Below, piece after piece: positions 51,590-62,444 of a DNA stretch of 64,000 nt (positions are counted from its first letter, which is position 1; every line of letters begins with the position of its first letter). Both the position numbers and the translations under genes were made by a program. The notes under the pieces were generated by a model. The model worked only from the letters and a program-made list of their open reading frames with translations. It was not told where the DNA came from and ran no database searches. This stretch comes from Camelus ferus. Lineage: Eukaryota. The stretch is taken from positions 42,906,001 to 42,970,000 of the forward strand of contig NC_045696.1 in assembly GCF_009834535.1 (NCBI RefSeq). The letters run 5' to 3'.

Positions 51590-52210
51590 ATAATGGGAAA
51601 TTGAATAATTGGCCCAAGTTGTCTGCTCCCCCTGTGCTTACACACTTTTTATGACCTCTTCATGGGCTTGATTGATAGAAATTCAGCTTGGACATTGGAC
51701 CTGTTTTGGCCAATGGCATGTGGCAATTCTAAGCCCAGGCCTTAAGACACCTCATGTGTGTCTCCTTGTCCTCTTGTATGTCTGCCAACAACATGAGAAG
51801 ATCAGCTCATGAAACTGTAGAAAGTTATGTTACTAAGAGTGGCAAATATTGCTAGATCTCTTTTAACAGGTTTTGAAGACCTGACATTTATTACAAATGT
51901 GGAGAGAAAAATGTTACCTTTACTCTACCCAGTAATTTCTAGAATAAGTTGATTGTTACCTCCATCCCCTGGGTAAATGCTGTCCCATCATTTGAGTTCC
52001 GCCCTAGCCAGTGCACAGACCTGCAGTGACAGAAAGCCCCACTCAGCGGCTGCCAGCTGGGGCTGCCTCACCCAGACAGGCCCAGTCGGGATCAGCTGAA
52101 CTGCTCCAGCAGACCCGTGGGTTCTTAAGTGTAAGTGATACTTGAGTTGCTAAGTTTTGGGGTGGTGGATACTGATGTTTTCATTTTGACAACAGTGGAC
52201 TGACTGATAA
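51590..52210 (+). mobile_element. MaLR LTR (MLT1H/I-like), possibly split
   Basis: 'ttttggccaatggcatgtggcaattctaagcccaggccttaagacacctcatgtg...catgagaag', later 'gatcagctgaactgc...ctaagttttggggtgg...tgactgataa'. Confidence 0.7.
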
Positions 52211-52229
52211 CTTACGTGATATCGTATGC

Positions 52230-52621
52230 TTTAGTAAGATTTTAGTATAGCAATGCTGAGTAACAATAATAACAAAACCTGAACCTCAAAAGCTTGTAAG
52301 GAAAAGCACTTTTTTTCTCTCTCAAGGAGTTTTGGATTACCTGGGTGGCTTTGCTTCAGGCTGCAGGTTGATTTCAGGTCACCTCCACCCGTGTCTCAAT
52401 TTGGAAACATGGCATACTCTTTTCATGGCAGAGGGAGGGCATAAAGGCAAGAGAGATGCCAATCAGGGAAGCATTTAGTACCTCTCTCATGTCATGTTTG
52501 CTCACTTTCCATCTGTCAAACATTTCCCGTGGCCGTTCCCAGTGTTAGGGAGAGTGACGTGAATTGCAGTAAGGGAGAAGGGAGTAGGTAGTAAATGTTA
52601 GCTGAACAATAATCTATCACA
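52230..52621 (-). mobile_element. MaLR LTR (MLT1L/K-like)
   Basis: 'atagcaatgctgagtaacaa...gcttcaggctgcaggttgatttcaggtc...tgtcatgtttgctcactttccat...gctgaacaataatctatcaca'. Confidence 0.75.
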
Positions 52622-52629
52622 TCACCCAC

Positions 52630-53164
52630 TGTGTTAATCTCAGTAGTCTGTGCTGAGATTTTAGGGTAAAGGCTGATGAATAAGAGCTATCAGGTGGGTA
52701 GCTGCCCCAAGTTTCTTTGGCAAGCTGGTTACACGGGTGTAAAAATGAATGGGCAGAATGTTCATTGGCAGGGAGAGATTGGAGGTCGTCCTTCCTGATC
52801 TTCATGCCAGCTCCACCTTCCTGGGGTCGGTGGAGGGAGGATTTTTGATTCTTATTTAGTCTTGATTGGGGAACTGGATGAGGTCATAATGAACAAAAGG
52901 TTACATTCAGATGGAGGTCATAACGAGTGAAAGGTTGCATTGAGGTGGGTCTATAATGAACAAAATGCTATGTTCAGATGGTGGAGATTCTTTGCCTGCC
53001 TCCAGGACACTTGTCAACCCAGAATGTATGGTTTCTTGTTAGTCCAGAGGTTCCTGTTTTTCTTGGTCTGTCCAAGGACCCCCCGTTTTAAACAATGGTT
53101 TTCTACCATTTGGCCTTGTGCCCCTCTTTCTCTACTCATATCTAGCTATTTGCCTGCTTTAACA
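52630..53164 (-). mobile_element. Probable ERV1-type LTR (partial), family not identified
   Basis: The right end reads tgttaaagcaggcaaatagctagatatgagtagagaaagaggggcacaaggcc on the minus strand, like ERV1 LTR starts. It is GC-richer than the flanks and has an internal 34-bp repeat. No TSD found. Confidence 0.5.
52880..52981. repeat. 3 x ~34-bp degenerate tandem repeat
   Basis: gaggtcataatgaacaaaaggttacattcagatg / gaggtcataacgagtgaaaggttgcattgaggtg / ggtctataatgaacaaaatgctatgttcagatgg. Confidence 0.85.
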
Positions 53165-54029
53165 ATCCTATCCTATTAATTTCCTTCTTTGTACTTAAAA
53201 TAACGTCCGAAGTTTCAAGAGCATTTTCCTTCCTCCTTTCTCTTATATTGCTTACTACTTGCACCTGTTCTTCAAATTTGAAAATGATGCCATTTATGTT
53301 TTCACATAAAGTTGTCAGAGTTTGCGTTTGTTAACGTCAGCTACTTAGCAGGAAATGTCTGCCACGAACTACTTATCCTGTGCAGTTTCATAGTTCACTG
53401 CTTCATAAATTAGTCTATTAGTAAAATTTCTCTGAATTACCAAATTCAGTTTCTGCATTATGTGCTATTTTCCTGGTTGACTAACCATAATTTTTACGGC
53501 ATCATATACCTTTTAAATAGGACTATGATAGTTTTTCTTAAAAAAAATCACAAGCTGTGACAATCATAACTATAAATATTAAATTCAGATTATCAGAAAT
53601 GTCTTCTTGATGTTAAGAAAAAATGATTCAAAGTCATCTCTTAAAAAGTTAGTTAAATTATATTGGCCCTGAAAAAAATTTAGTCTTTCTTTACACATAT
53701 TTTGTTTTTATCTGTAAGCCTTAGAAATCTAGAGTTCCATATTAATAAGTAATGAATGAATGTTACAGTAAATAAGATGGATAGTGATTAAATGGATAAA
53801 CCATCAATTTTAGATGAAGAATAATTCTCTAATCCTGGGATGTGTGAGTCCTAATATGGAATAAGAGGTGTTTTGAGTCCTGGTGTTTTTGATATGGACA
53901 AATTTTATTCTGTGATCAGTTAAATGACAATGCCAAAGACTTTTTTACTTTCATGTTCTTCTTACATATATGTGTTTGTGTATGTATACAGGTATGTAAC
54001 CACGTGTATATATTTATATAAATTTTCTT

Positions 54030-57000
54030 TGACAGCCTATGGCTTGTATTTTCATTTTTATTTTCTTAATGGTATATTTTGAAGAGCCGAACATTCTAAT
54101 TTTGATAAAGCCCAGTTTATCCATATTTTTCTTTTATGCTTTGTGTTTTGTATCGTCTTAAGTTATCTTTGCCTAACTTAATGGCCATAAAGATTTCCTC
54201 CTATATTTTCTTCTAGAATTCTTATTATTCTTGCTTTTCAGTATCAAGGCATGATAAATTTGAGGTTGATTTTTTTAAATTGTGTGATGAAACTTTTGAT
54301 CTTCACTACCTTTTTCCAACCCCAACCCTTTATGGGTATTTAGTTATTTCTGCTAGAAATATATTGGAAGTTTGATTTAAAAAAAAATCAATTGATCACA
54401 TCTGTTTGTCTAATTGTGTATTCTCTATACTGCTCATTTAATTCAGGTATCTAAGCTCACCCCACACCAGCACACACTTTATAGCTTTATATAGTAAACC
54501 TCAAAATCAGTTCATGTAATTATATTCTTTCATACACACTTGAGAATTAGGTTCTTCAAAAATTCTTTGAAATTTTGATTGGGGTTGATTTACATCTATC
54601 AGTTTAGGGTAAATCAATATTTTCAAAATATCATACGTGCCAATCCATAAGTATAATAAATCTCTGTTTTTCAGGTCTTCAGTGATGTTTTTCAGTTTTA
54701 AATGAACTTATCTTACACATATTTTGTTAAATGTATTACTAAGTATTTTAATTTTTACATGACTGTAAATTATATGATTTTTTAAAAATTTTACTTTTCA
54801 ATAGTTGGCTGTGAATATATAGAAGTAAAATTAATTTCTTTACTAATCTTATTCTGAACCTTGCTAAATATATTTATCAGTTATAATCATGTTTTGAATT
54901 TGTTAGAATGGTCTAAATTTCATTTTTTTGCTTTCCAGTTAGTTTTTAAAACAGTATTATTTTTTCTAACATTAGTGCACTAGATAGGCCCTCCAGTCCA
55001 ATGTTGAATAAAAGAAGTTCTAGTCCTGTTTTTTCTTTTAGAGAAAAAACTCTCAACATTTAATTATTAAGTATCTTAGTTGTAGGGCTTTCTTACATGC
55101 CCCTTGGTGAAGTTTTATTCCTTTCCAAGTTTGCTGCAACTTTTAATTTGTATTATTTCTGAAGTTTGTCAAATACTTTCTCATTTATTAAGGTGATTAT
55201 AATATTTTCTACTTTTTTCTGTTAATATAGTGGATTACAGTGGTCTGCTTTATAATGTTCAACTTTGCATTTTTCAGGAGAACTACTTGGTCAGGATGGA
55301 TGATCACCTTTACATTGTTGAATTTGATTTGAAAATAATTTGTTAAGATTTTTTGTTTCTTATAACATCTCACTGTCATATCAGGATAATGCTAGCTTCA
55401 TAAAATGATTTGTAAAAGCTTCTCCTCTTCTACTGTTCTGAGCTTTTGTGAGATTTCTATTATTTTATCATTAATAGTTTGATAAAATTCTTAAAATGGT
55501 GAGTTTTCCAAGCTTGGAGTTCTCCTCTGGGGAAGAGTTTGATAACAAAATTGACTTATTCTATAATAGATGTAGAGATACTTAAATTTTCAGTCTCTTC
55601 TTGGGTCAGTTTAAGAATTTGAGTCACTCAAAGCATTTGTCCATTTCATTTAACTAGTCAAATTTGTAAACATAAAACTGTCCAGAATATTTTCTTAAAA
55701 CAATTTCTTTCCTCAGATCTTTAGTGATGCCCCCATTTTGATATTGGCTATTTTGTTTATTCTTATTTCTTAATATAGAGATAATTATAGGTCTATCTGT
55801 TTTATTGATCTTTCAAAGCATCAGTTTTTCATTTTCCTTTGATTTTATCTAATGTTTGTATTCCATTCTTTTTTTTAATTTCTTTTTTTTTCTGTTTCCA
55901 ATAATTTATTGACAAGAGAGCTTTCTATATATCTTCCTATCACTCTATATTTCTTAACATTTTCTATTGATTTATAATCATTTTACAATGTTGTGTCAAA
56001 TTCCAGTGCAGAGCACAATTTTTCAGTTATACATGAACATATATATATTCATTGTCACATTTTTTTCTCTGTGAGCTACCATAAGATCTTGTGTATATTC
56101 CCCTGTGCTATACAGTATAATCTTGTTTATCTATTCTACAATTTTGAAATCCCATCTATCCCTTCCCACCCTCCACCCCCTTGGCAACCACAAGTTTGTA
56201 TTCTATGTCTGTGAGTCTGTTTCTGTTTTGTATTTATGTTTTTGTTTTTGTTTTTGTTTTTTAGATTCCACATATGAGCGATCTCGTATGGTATTTTTCT
56301 TTCTCTTTCTGGCTTACTTCACTTAGAACGACATTCTCCAGGAGCATCCATGTTGCTGCAAATGGCATTATGTTCTCGGTTTTTATGGCTGAGTAGTATT
56401 CCATTGTATAAATATACCACTTCTTTTTTATCCAGTCACTTGTTGATGGACATTTAGGCTGTTTCCATGTCTTGGCTATTGTAAATAGTGCTGCTATGAA
56501 CATTGGGGTGCAGGTGTCATCCTGAAGTAGGGTTCCTTCTGGATATAAGCCCAGGAGCAGGATTCCTGGGTCATATGGTAAGTCTATTCCTAGTCTTTTG
56601 AGGAATCTCCATACTGTTTTCTACAGTGGCTGCACCAAACTGCATTCCCACCAGCAGTGTAGGAGGGTTCCCCTTTCTCCACAGCCTCTCCAGCATTTAT
56701 CATTTGTGGATTTTTGAATGATGGCCATTCTGACTGGTGTGAGGTGATACCTCATTGTAGTTTTGATTTGCATTTCTCTGATAATTAGTGATATTGAGCA
56801 TTTTTTCATGTGCCTATTGATCATTTGTATGTCGTCCTTGGAGAACTGCTTGTTCAGGTCTTTTGCCCATCTTAAGATGAACAACTTATTTCACTAATTT
56901 GATATCTTTAATAGTTTCTAATATAAGCATTTAAGCTATAAATTTCCTATAAAGCACTGTATTAGCAGAATTCAGTAAACTTGTATATTTTGCTTTTATA

Positions 57001-57660
57001 CCCATTCCATTCAAAATATTTTCTAAATTATTTTATAAAATCTTTTTTTGACTTGTGGGTTATTGGGGTGTGTGTGAGAGAAGAGTAAGAGAGAGAGGTT
57101 TTCAAATAGTTGGTGATATCCCAGCTATCTTTCCATTATTAATTTCTGATATAATTACATTATATTGTAATCATAGAACATAATCTATATGAATTAAAAT
57201 GTTTTCAATTTATTGAGAATTGGTCTGGTCCACTTTGATGATTTTTCCATGTACACTTAAGAATTTATATTCTTTTGTCATTGGGTAAAGTTAATTGTGA
57301 ATACCAATTAGGTACTTTTGCTTGATATGGTTGTTCAAGTTTTCTATATTACTACTGAATTTTGTGTACCTATTCTATCAGTAACTGAGAAAGGCGTGTT
57401 AACATATCCAATTATAATAGTGGCTTTACCTATTTCTTTTGTTTATTTTCTTCGGTTTTGTCTATGTTCCTAAATATTTAAAGGAGCTATTATTGGAAAA
57501 TTAATCATTTGTAATTATGTCTTTTTAATGTATTTTTATCCTTTATCACCGATATACTCCTGTTTATCTGTAGTAACATTTCTTGCCTTTAAATCTATTT
57601 TATGTGTTATTAATATAGTAATTCCAACTTTCACATAATTGTCATTTGCTTGTTATATAT
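54030..57660 (-). mobile_element. Old L1M ORF2 fragment, interrupted by a young L1 at 55869-56870
   Basis: Collinear decayed antisense ORF2 landmarks: 'ttttgataaagcccagtttatcc', 'cctccagtccaatgttgaata', 'taatgctagcttcataaaatga', 'gctataaatttcctataaagcactg', 'ttctatcagtaactgagaaaggcgtgtt'. Confidence 0.8.
55869..56870 (-). mobile_element. Young lineage-specific L1 3' fragment (55954-56870) with ~60-bp 3' transduction and poly(A) tail
   Basis: Well-preserved ORF2 C-terminus ([24 protein letters not shown]...[28 protein letters not shown]...MEYYSAIK). Extra non-L1 sequence lies between the L1 end and the poly(T). Confidence 0.93.
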
Positions 57661-58374
57661 GCTACATTTATCTTTAAATTTTCATTTTGAAAAGAAAAAT
57701 TAGGGTTACAGAAATTTTGAAAACATGGTACAAAAATATCTAGTATATCCTTTAACTGACCTTTACTATTGACATCTTATGTAATCAGAGGATAGTTACC
57801 AAAACAAGGAATTAATATTGTTACAATTTTATTAACTAAAGATTTTATTTGGAGTTTGTTTTTTAACTACTGTACTTCTGTTTTAGATCCAACCCAGGAT
57901 TCTATGTTGCGTTTAGTTGTAGTGCCTCCTTTGTCTTCTCCAGTGTGGGATAGCTCTTCAGTCTTCCTTTGTTAATCATGGCCTTTGCATTATTGAATAG
58001 TTCTGTACATTATTTTGTAGAATGTGCCTTAATTTGAGTTTTTCCAACTTCTTCCAGATGAGATTGAGATTATTCATTTTTGACAAGAATACAACCAAAG
58101 TCATGTACCCTTCACAAGGGTATCACGTTAGGGTATGCAGGATGACCCTGTGCCTTATTACTGAGCATGCTAACCTTGATCACTTGGTTAAATTCATGTC
58201 TAGCATATTTCTCTACTATAAAAGGGGCTATTTTCCCCTGTATATATTCTGGGAGATACTTTGGGACTATGTAAACATCCTGTTTCTCTACAAGTTTGAC
58301 TAATTTTAGTCTCCTTTTGTAGAACCTGCAACATTTGTTACTATGGTGGTCTCATGGCCATTTTTACTTTTGTC

Positions 58375-58747
58375 TGCAAAGGACTGAATTTTGTCTCCTT
58401 CCAAATTCATATGCTAAAGCTCTAACCCTCAATGTGATGGTATTTGGAGATGGGGCCTTTGGGAGGCAATTAGGTTTAGCTGAGATCATGAAAGAGAGCT
58501 GCACATTATGGGATTGGTGCCCTTATAAAAAGAGACACTAGAGAGATTGTTTTCTTTCTCTCTCTGTTAATGTGAGGACACAGTGAGAAGGCAGCCATCT
58601 GCAAGCCAGAAAGGGGACTGTCTATAACCTGACCGTACTGGCACCCTGATCTTAGACTTCCAGCCTCCAGCACTGTGAGAAAATTATTGTCTGTGATTTA
58701 AGCTTCCCAATGAATGGTAACTTACTATGGTGCCTCAAGTTAAGACA
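58375..58747 (+). mobile_element. MLT1A/MLT1A0 MaLR solo LTR
   Basis: 'ggactgaattttgtctccttccaaattcatatg...tgtgatggtatttggagatggggcctttgggagg...gtgaggacacagtgagaaggcagccatctgcaagccag...gacttccagcctccag...taagaca'. Confidence 0.92.
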
Positions 58748-60775
58748 CCATCATTCTTCACACATTTTTAAAATGAGTTTCTTCTGTAAGGAAGGACTAT
58801 CCTTTATTCCTTATTTATTAAAATTTAAAATTATTTATGTCAGGCTGGACACAAGGACATTTTTTTTTTTGCATGGTTTAAATCTAATAGTATCTATATC
58901 TATATAATTTTATTTTTTGGCCAGAGCTTTTTCAGCTCTGGCCACGAGGAGTTTTTTCATTTGGCTCCTTCGCAATTTGAACATGCTTGTATCAACACTT
59001 TTGGGTACTTCTTTACTTTCTCTTTTATCTTCCTCTCTCAGCACTGGAATTAACAAATTTTTTAAGGATCCCTGCTTTCTTCTGGTGAAAAATTTACATA
59101 TATAAACCAACATCAAGGTGCTAAGTGTAATCTTTGCTACGGAACTGTCATTGCTTTTAGACCTTCTCAGCTGACAAAGCATATATGTATGTGGGTGTGT
59201 GTACACATAAACACACATATACATGTTATATATGTATATATACACATAAACATGCAAATGTATATACCTGTATGTCTAGTTTAAAAACTTGGAGTTCATA
59301 CTTATAGCTCTATTCTAGCCTTCCCACATTCTTTTTATGTTACTTTTCTTATAGTGATGAATTGGGCTCTTTTTATCTATAGTACATTGATTTATTTGCA
59401 ATCCAGTGAACACATAGAGTAGTTACGGAGTTACAGACTAATATCCCTGAGAATGAAAATAAAAAAAAAAAAACTATCTTTTTTGTAACTTCCTTGGGGT
59501 TTTGTTGTTAGACAGTTATTGTTTTTCTGTTATGTCCACTATTTTTTTTTACATGTTTTATTGCCCTATCTAGTGCTTCTATTTGAGTCACACAGGAGTG
59601 ATCTGAGAGGATAGCTTTACCTTGTTCTCAATCTTCAGGGAAAATCTTTTACTGTTAAATGTGATGTTAATCGCTTTGTTTTTGTTTTTCTAGTTATGCT
59701 TTGTGCTTTTTAAAGAGGCTCCTTTTTATTCCTAAATTGTTTATTGTTCTTATCACAAATGGATGTTGATTTTTGTCAAATACTTTTTCTTCATCCATTA
59801 AGAGGAACATATTTTTTTCCTTCTTTTATCTGTTAGTGTGGTGAATTACATTAATAACCAAATGTTTAATAAGCCTTCCATTATGGAAATAAACTACATT
59901 TGAAGGTGATGTGTTATCTGTTTGACATATTGCTGGATTTAATTTTTTTCTAGAACTTACATGTTTATATTCTTGATAGTATTGTCCTATAAATTGGCTT
60001 TTAGCAATGTCTTTGTCTTGTTTTGGTATTAGAGTAATGTTAGGCCAAGAAAAAATGAATTGGGAAGCAGTCTGTTATCTTTTTTATTCTAGGAAATACT
60101 GTGTAGAAGCAGTATTATTTCTTCATTAAATGTTTGGTGAATTAGAGAGTAAAACTATCTGTGATTTGAATTTCTTTTGGGGGAAGCTTTTAAAAGATGA
60201 ATATTTAATATCTTTAATAGATAGGACTGTCCATTTTATTTGTCTTTGAGGGAGTTTTGGTAGTTTGTGTCTTTCAAGGAATTAGTCCATTTTATCTAAA
60301 ATTTCAAATTTGTGAATGTAGAGGGGCCTCCTCTTACCATCTTTTTAATATCTGGGGAATCAGTGGTGATATTTCTTCTTTTATTCCAGAAATTGGTGAT
60401 TGGCACTTTCTCTTATTTCTCGTTTATGCTTGTTCAGGCAGACAGGCTGGAAATTGATCAGTTATATTTGCTTTTCAAAGAACCAGTCCATAGTTCCCTT
60501 GATTTTATGTATTGTTGATTTTTGACTTGATTTTTATAATTTTCTCCCTTCTTCTTGCTTTGGATTTAATTAATTCTCTTTTCTTTAGTGATTTAAAGTA
60601 AAGCTTAGGTCACTGTTTTTAGATATTCTTTACTAATATATGTATTTATTTCTATTAATTTTTCTGTAAGTATTGCTTTAGCTGTGTGTTACAAATTTTG
60701 GTATGTTGCATTTTCATTTTTATTCAGCTAGAAATATTTTTTAAATTTCCTGAAGCTTCTTTGACCTATGGGTTA

Positions 60776-61332
60776 TGTTGTAGAAGAGAGTTAACATAGC
60801 AGGCCTGGGAGTAAGCAGAGCAGGCTGGCTGGCAAGGATAGACTTGGCTGGTGTCTCGGAACTTAGGTTTTGACTGGGTTCCTACCACTTAACTGATGAG
60901 GAGTGGCTCTTTGTTCCTAATCTGTTCATATAAGTGCTGTGGTTTATGCTAAGCAGCTGCTTTCCTTTTGGGAATCTGGAATGTATGTGCTAGACAGAGT
61001 GGACTTATGTGTCCAGCCTCCCAATAAAAACTTCGGGCCCTGAGACTCTAAATGAGTTTCTCTGGTACACAGCATTTAAAACATACCAGAATTTGATGCT
61101 AAAAAAACTAGGGATACGTTGTGTGACTTCACTGAGAGCTCAGTCTTGGACGCTCGTTCCTAGTTTATCTGGACTTCATACCATGCGCGTTTTCCCTTTT
61201 CTGATTTTACCTGGTATCATTTCATGGTAATAAATCATAACCCTGAATAAATCTGTATACTGGTTTCTACGAGTCCACCTACCAAACCACCAAACCTGGG
61301 TTGGGGGAGCTGTCACGGGTAGCCCAGACACA
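60776..61332 (+). mobile_element. MER68-like solo LTR
   Basis: Starts 'tgttgtagaagagagttaacatagcaggcctg' and ends 'cccagacaca'. TSD GTTA at 60772-60775 and 61333-61336. The host L1 reads through when the element is removed. Confidence 0.88.
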
Positions 61333-61395
61333 GTTATTTATATGTTGTTGTTTAATTTCAAATTATATGTTTACTCTCTCTATATAAATCAATAC

Positions 61396-61440
61396 TATAT
61401 ATATATATACACACACACACACATATATATATAAATATAC
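61396..61440. repeat. (TA)n(CA)n(TA)n microsatellite
   Basis: Seen directly. Confidence 0.85.
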
Positions 61441-62342
61441 ATAATTTTGATTTTAAAATTTGTATTGAATTCAGTTTATTCAGCTTAAATTATTTTTTTT
61501 ATTAAGGTTGTGTTTTCCCACTTGGTTATCCTAGATTAATTAATTTCTATTTGAATTCTATTACTTTGTATGATTTCTATTCTTTTAAATTTGATACAGT
61601 GTGTTTATGGCCCAGAATATAGTCTATAATTGTGAGTATTCTATGCATATCTGTAAAGAAATTACATTATGCTATTGTTAGGTGGAATATTTTATAAATC
61701 TCTAAGTGGGTTAGGTAGGTTGATAGTGTTGAATAGATCCTCTAGATCATTAATGATCTTCTGCCTGTTTATTCTGTCATTACAGTGATAAGTGTTAATG
61801 TGCCTTACTACAACTACAAATTTGTCCATGTCTTATTTCAGATCTATCAGTTTTTGCTTCGTGTATTTTAAAGATATTTACCCTGACAACATCCTTATTA
61901 TGAAATCTAGATTTCTGATATTAAATAGCTCCTGTATCTTTCTTTTATATAGTTCTTACATATCTTTCTCAATCCTTTTACTTTTAATGTGCTGGTATAT
62001 TGACATATATATATGAAAGTTTACATAATATTTACATTTAAAGTGTGTTTCTTGTAAACAGCATATATTTAGATCTTCTTCACCTAATCTATTTCTATCT
62101 TTTAGTTGGTGTGTTTAGATTTCTCAGATTTAATGTGATTCTAAATATTACTGGATTAACTATTTCAACTTGCCAGTTCTTCCCTCTATTATAAATTTGT
62201 TTTTTATTCTTTTCCTCTATTTCTGCCTCATTTTAGTTTGAGCACATTTTATAATTTCATTTTATCTCTACTATTGACTTACTTATACCTCTCTTTTAAA
62301 TGCTTTAATGGTTGGCATAGGGTTTAAAATATACGTATTTCA

Positions 62343-62444
62343 TTTTTTTTTTTTGACTGATGACTGTCTGTTTATAGGCACAAGGTCCTACAGGGCCAAG
62401 ACTCCTCTGTCCCTCACCCTCTTCCCTAATTCTGAATCAGAGGA
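62343..62444 (-). other. Short poly(A)-tailed retroposed fragment of unknown origin
   Basis: GC-richer ~90-bp insert plus T12, interrupting L1-like 'aatatacgtatttc...atcacagtctacctttaaataatat'. TATAAA lies 16 nt before the poly(A) on the minus strand. Confidence 0.55.

Noticed and set aside
52880..52981. CRISPR-like array
   Set aside because: The units are head-to-tail degenerate tandem copies with no unique spacers, there are no cas genes, and the context is mammalian.
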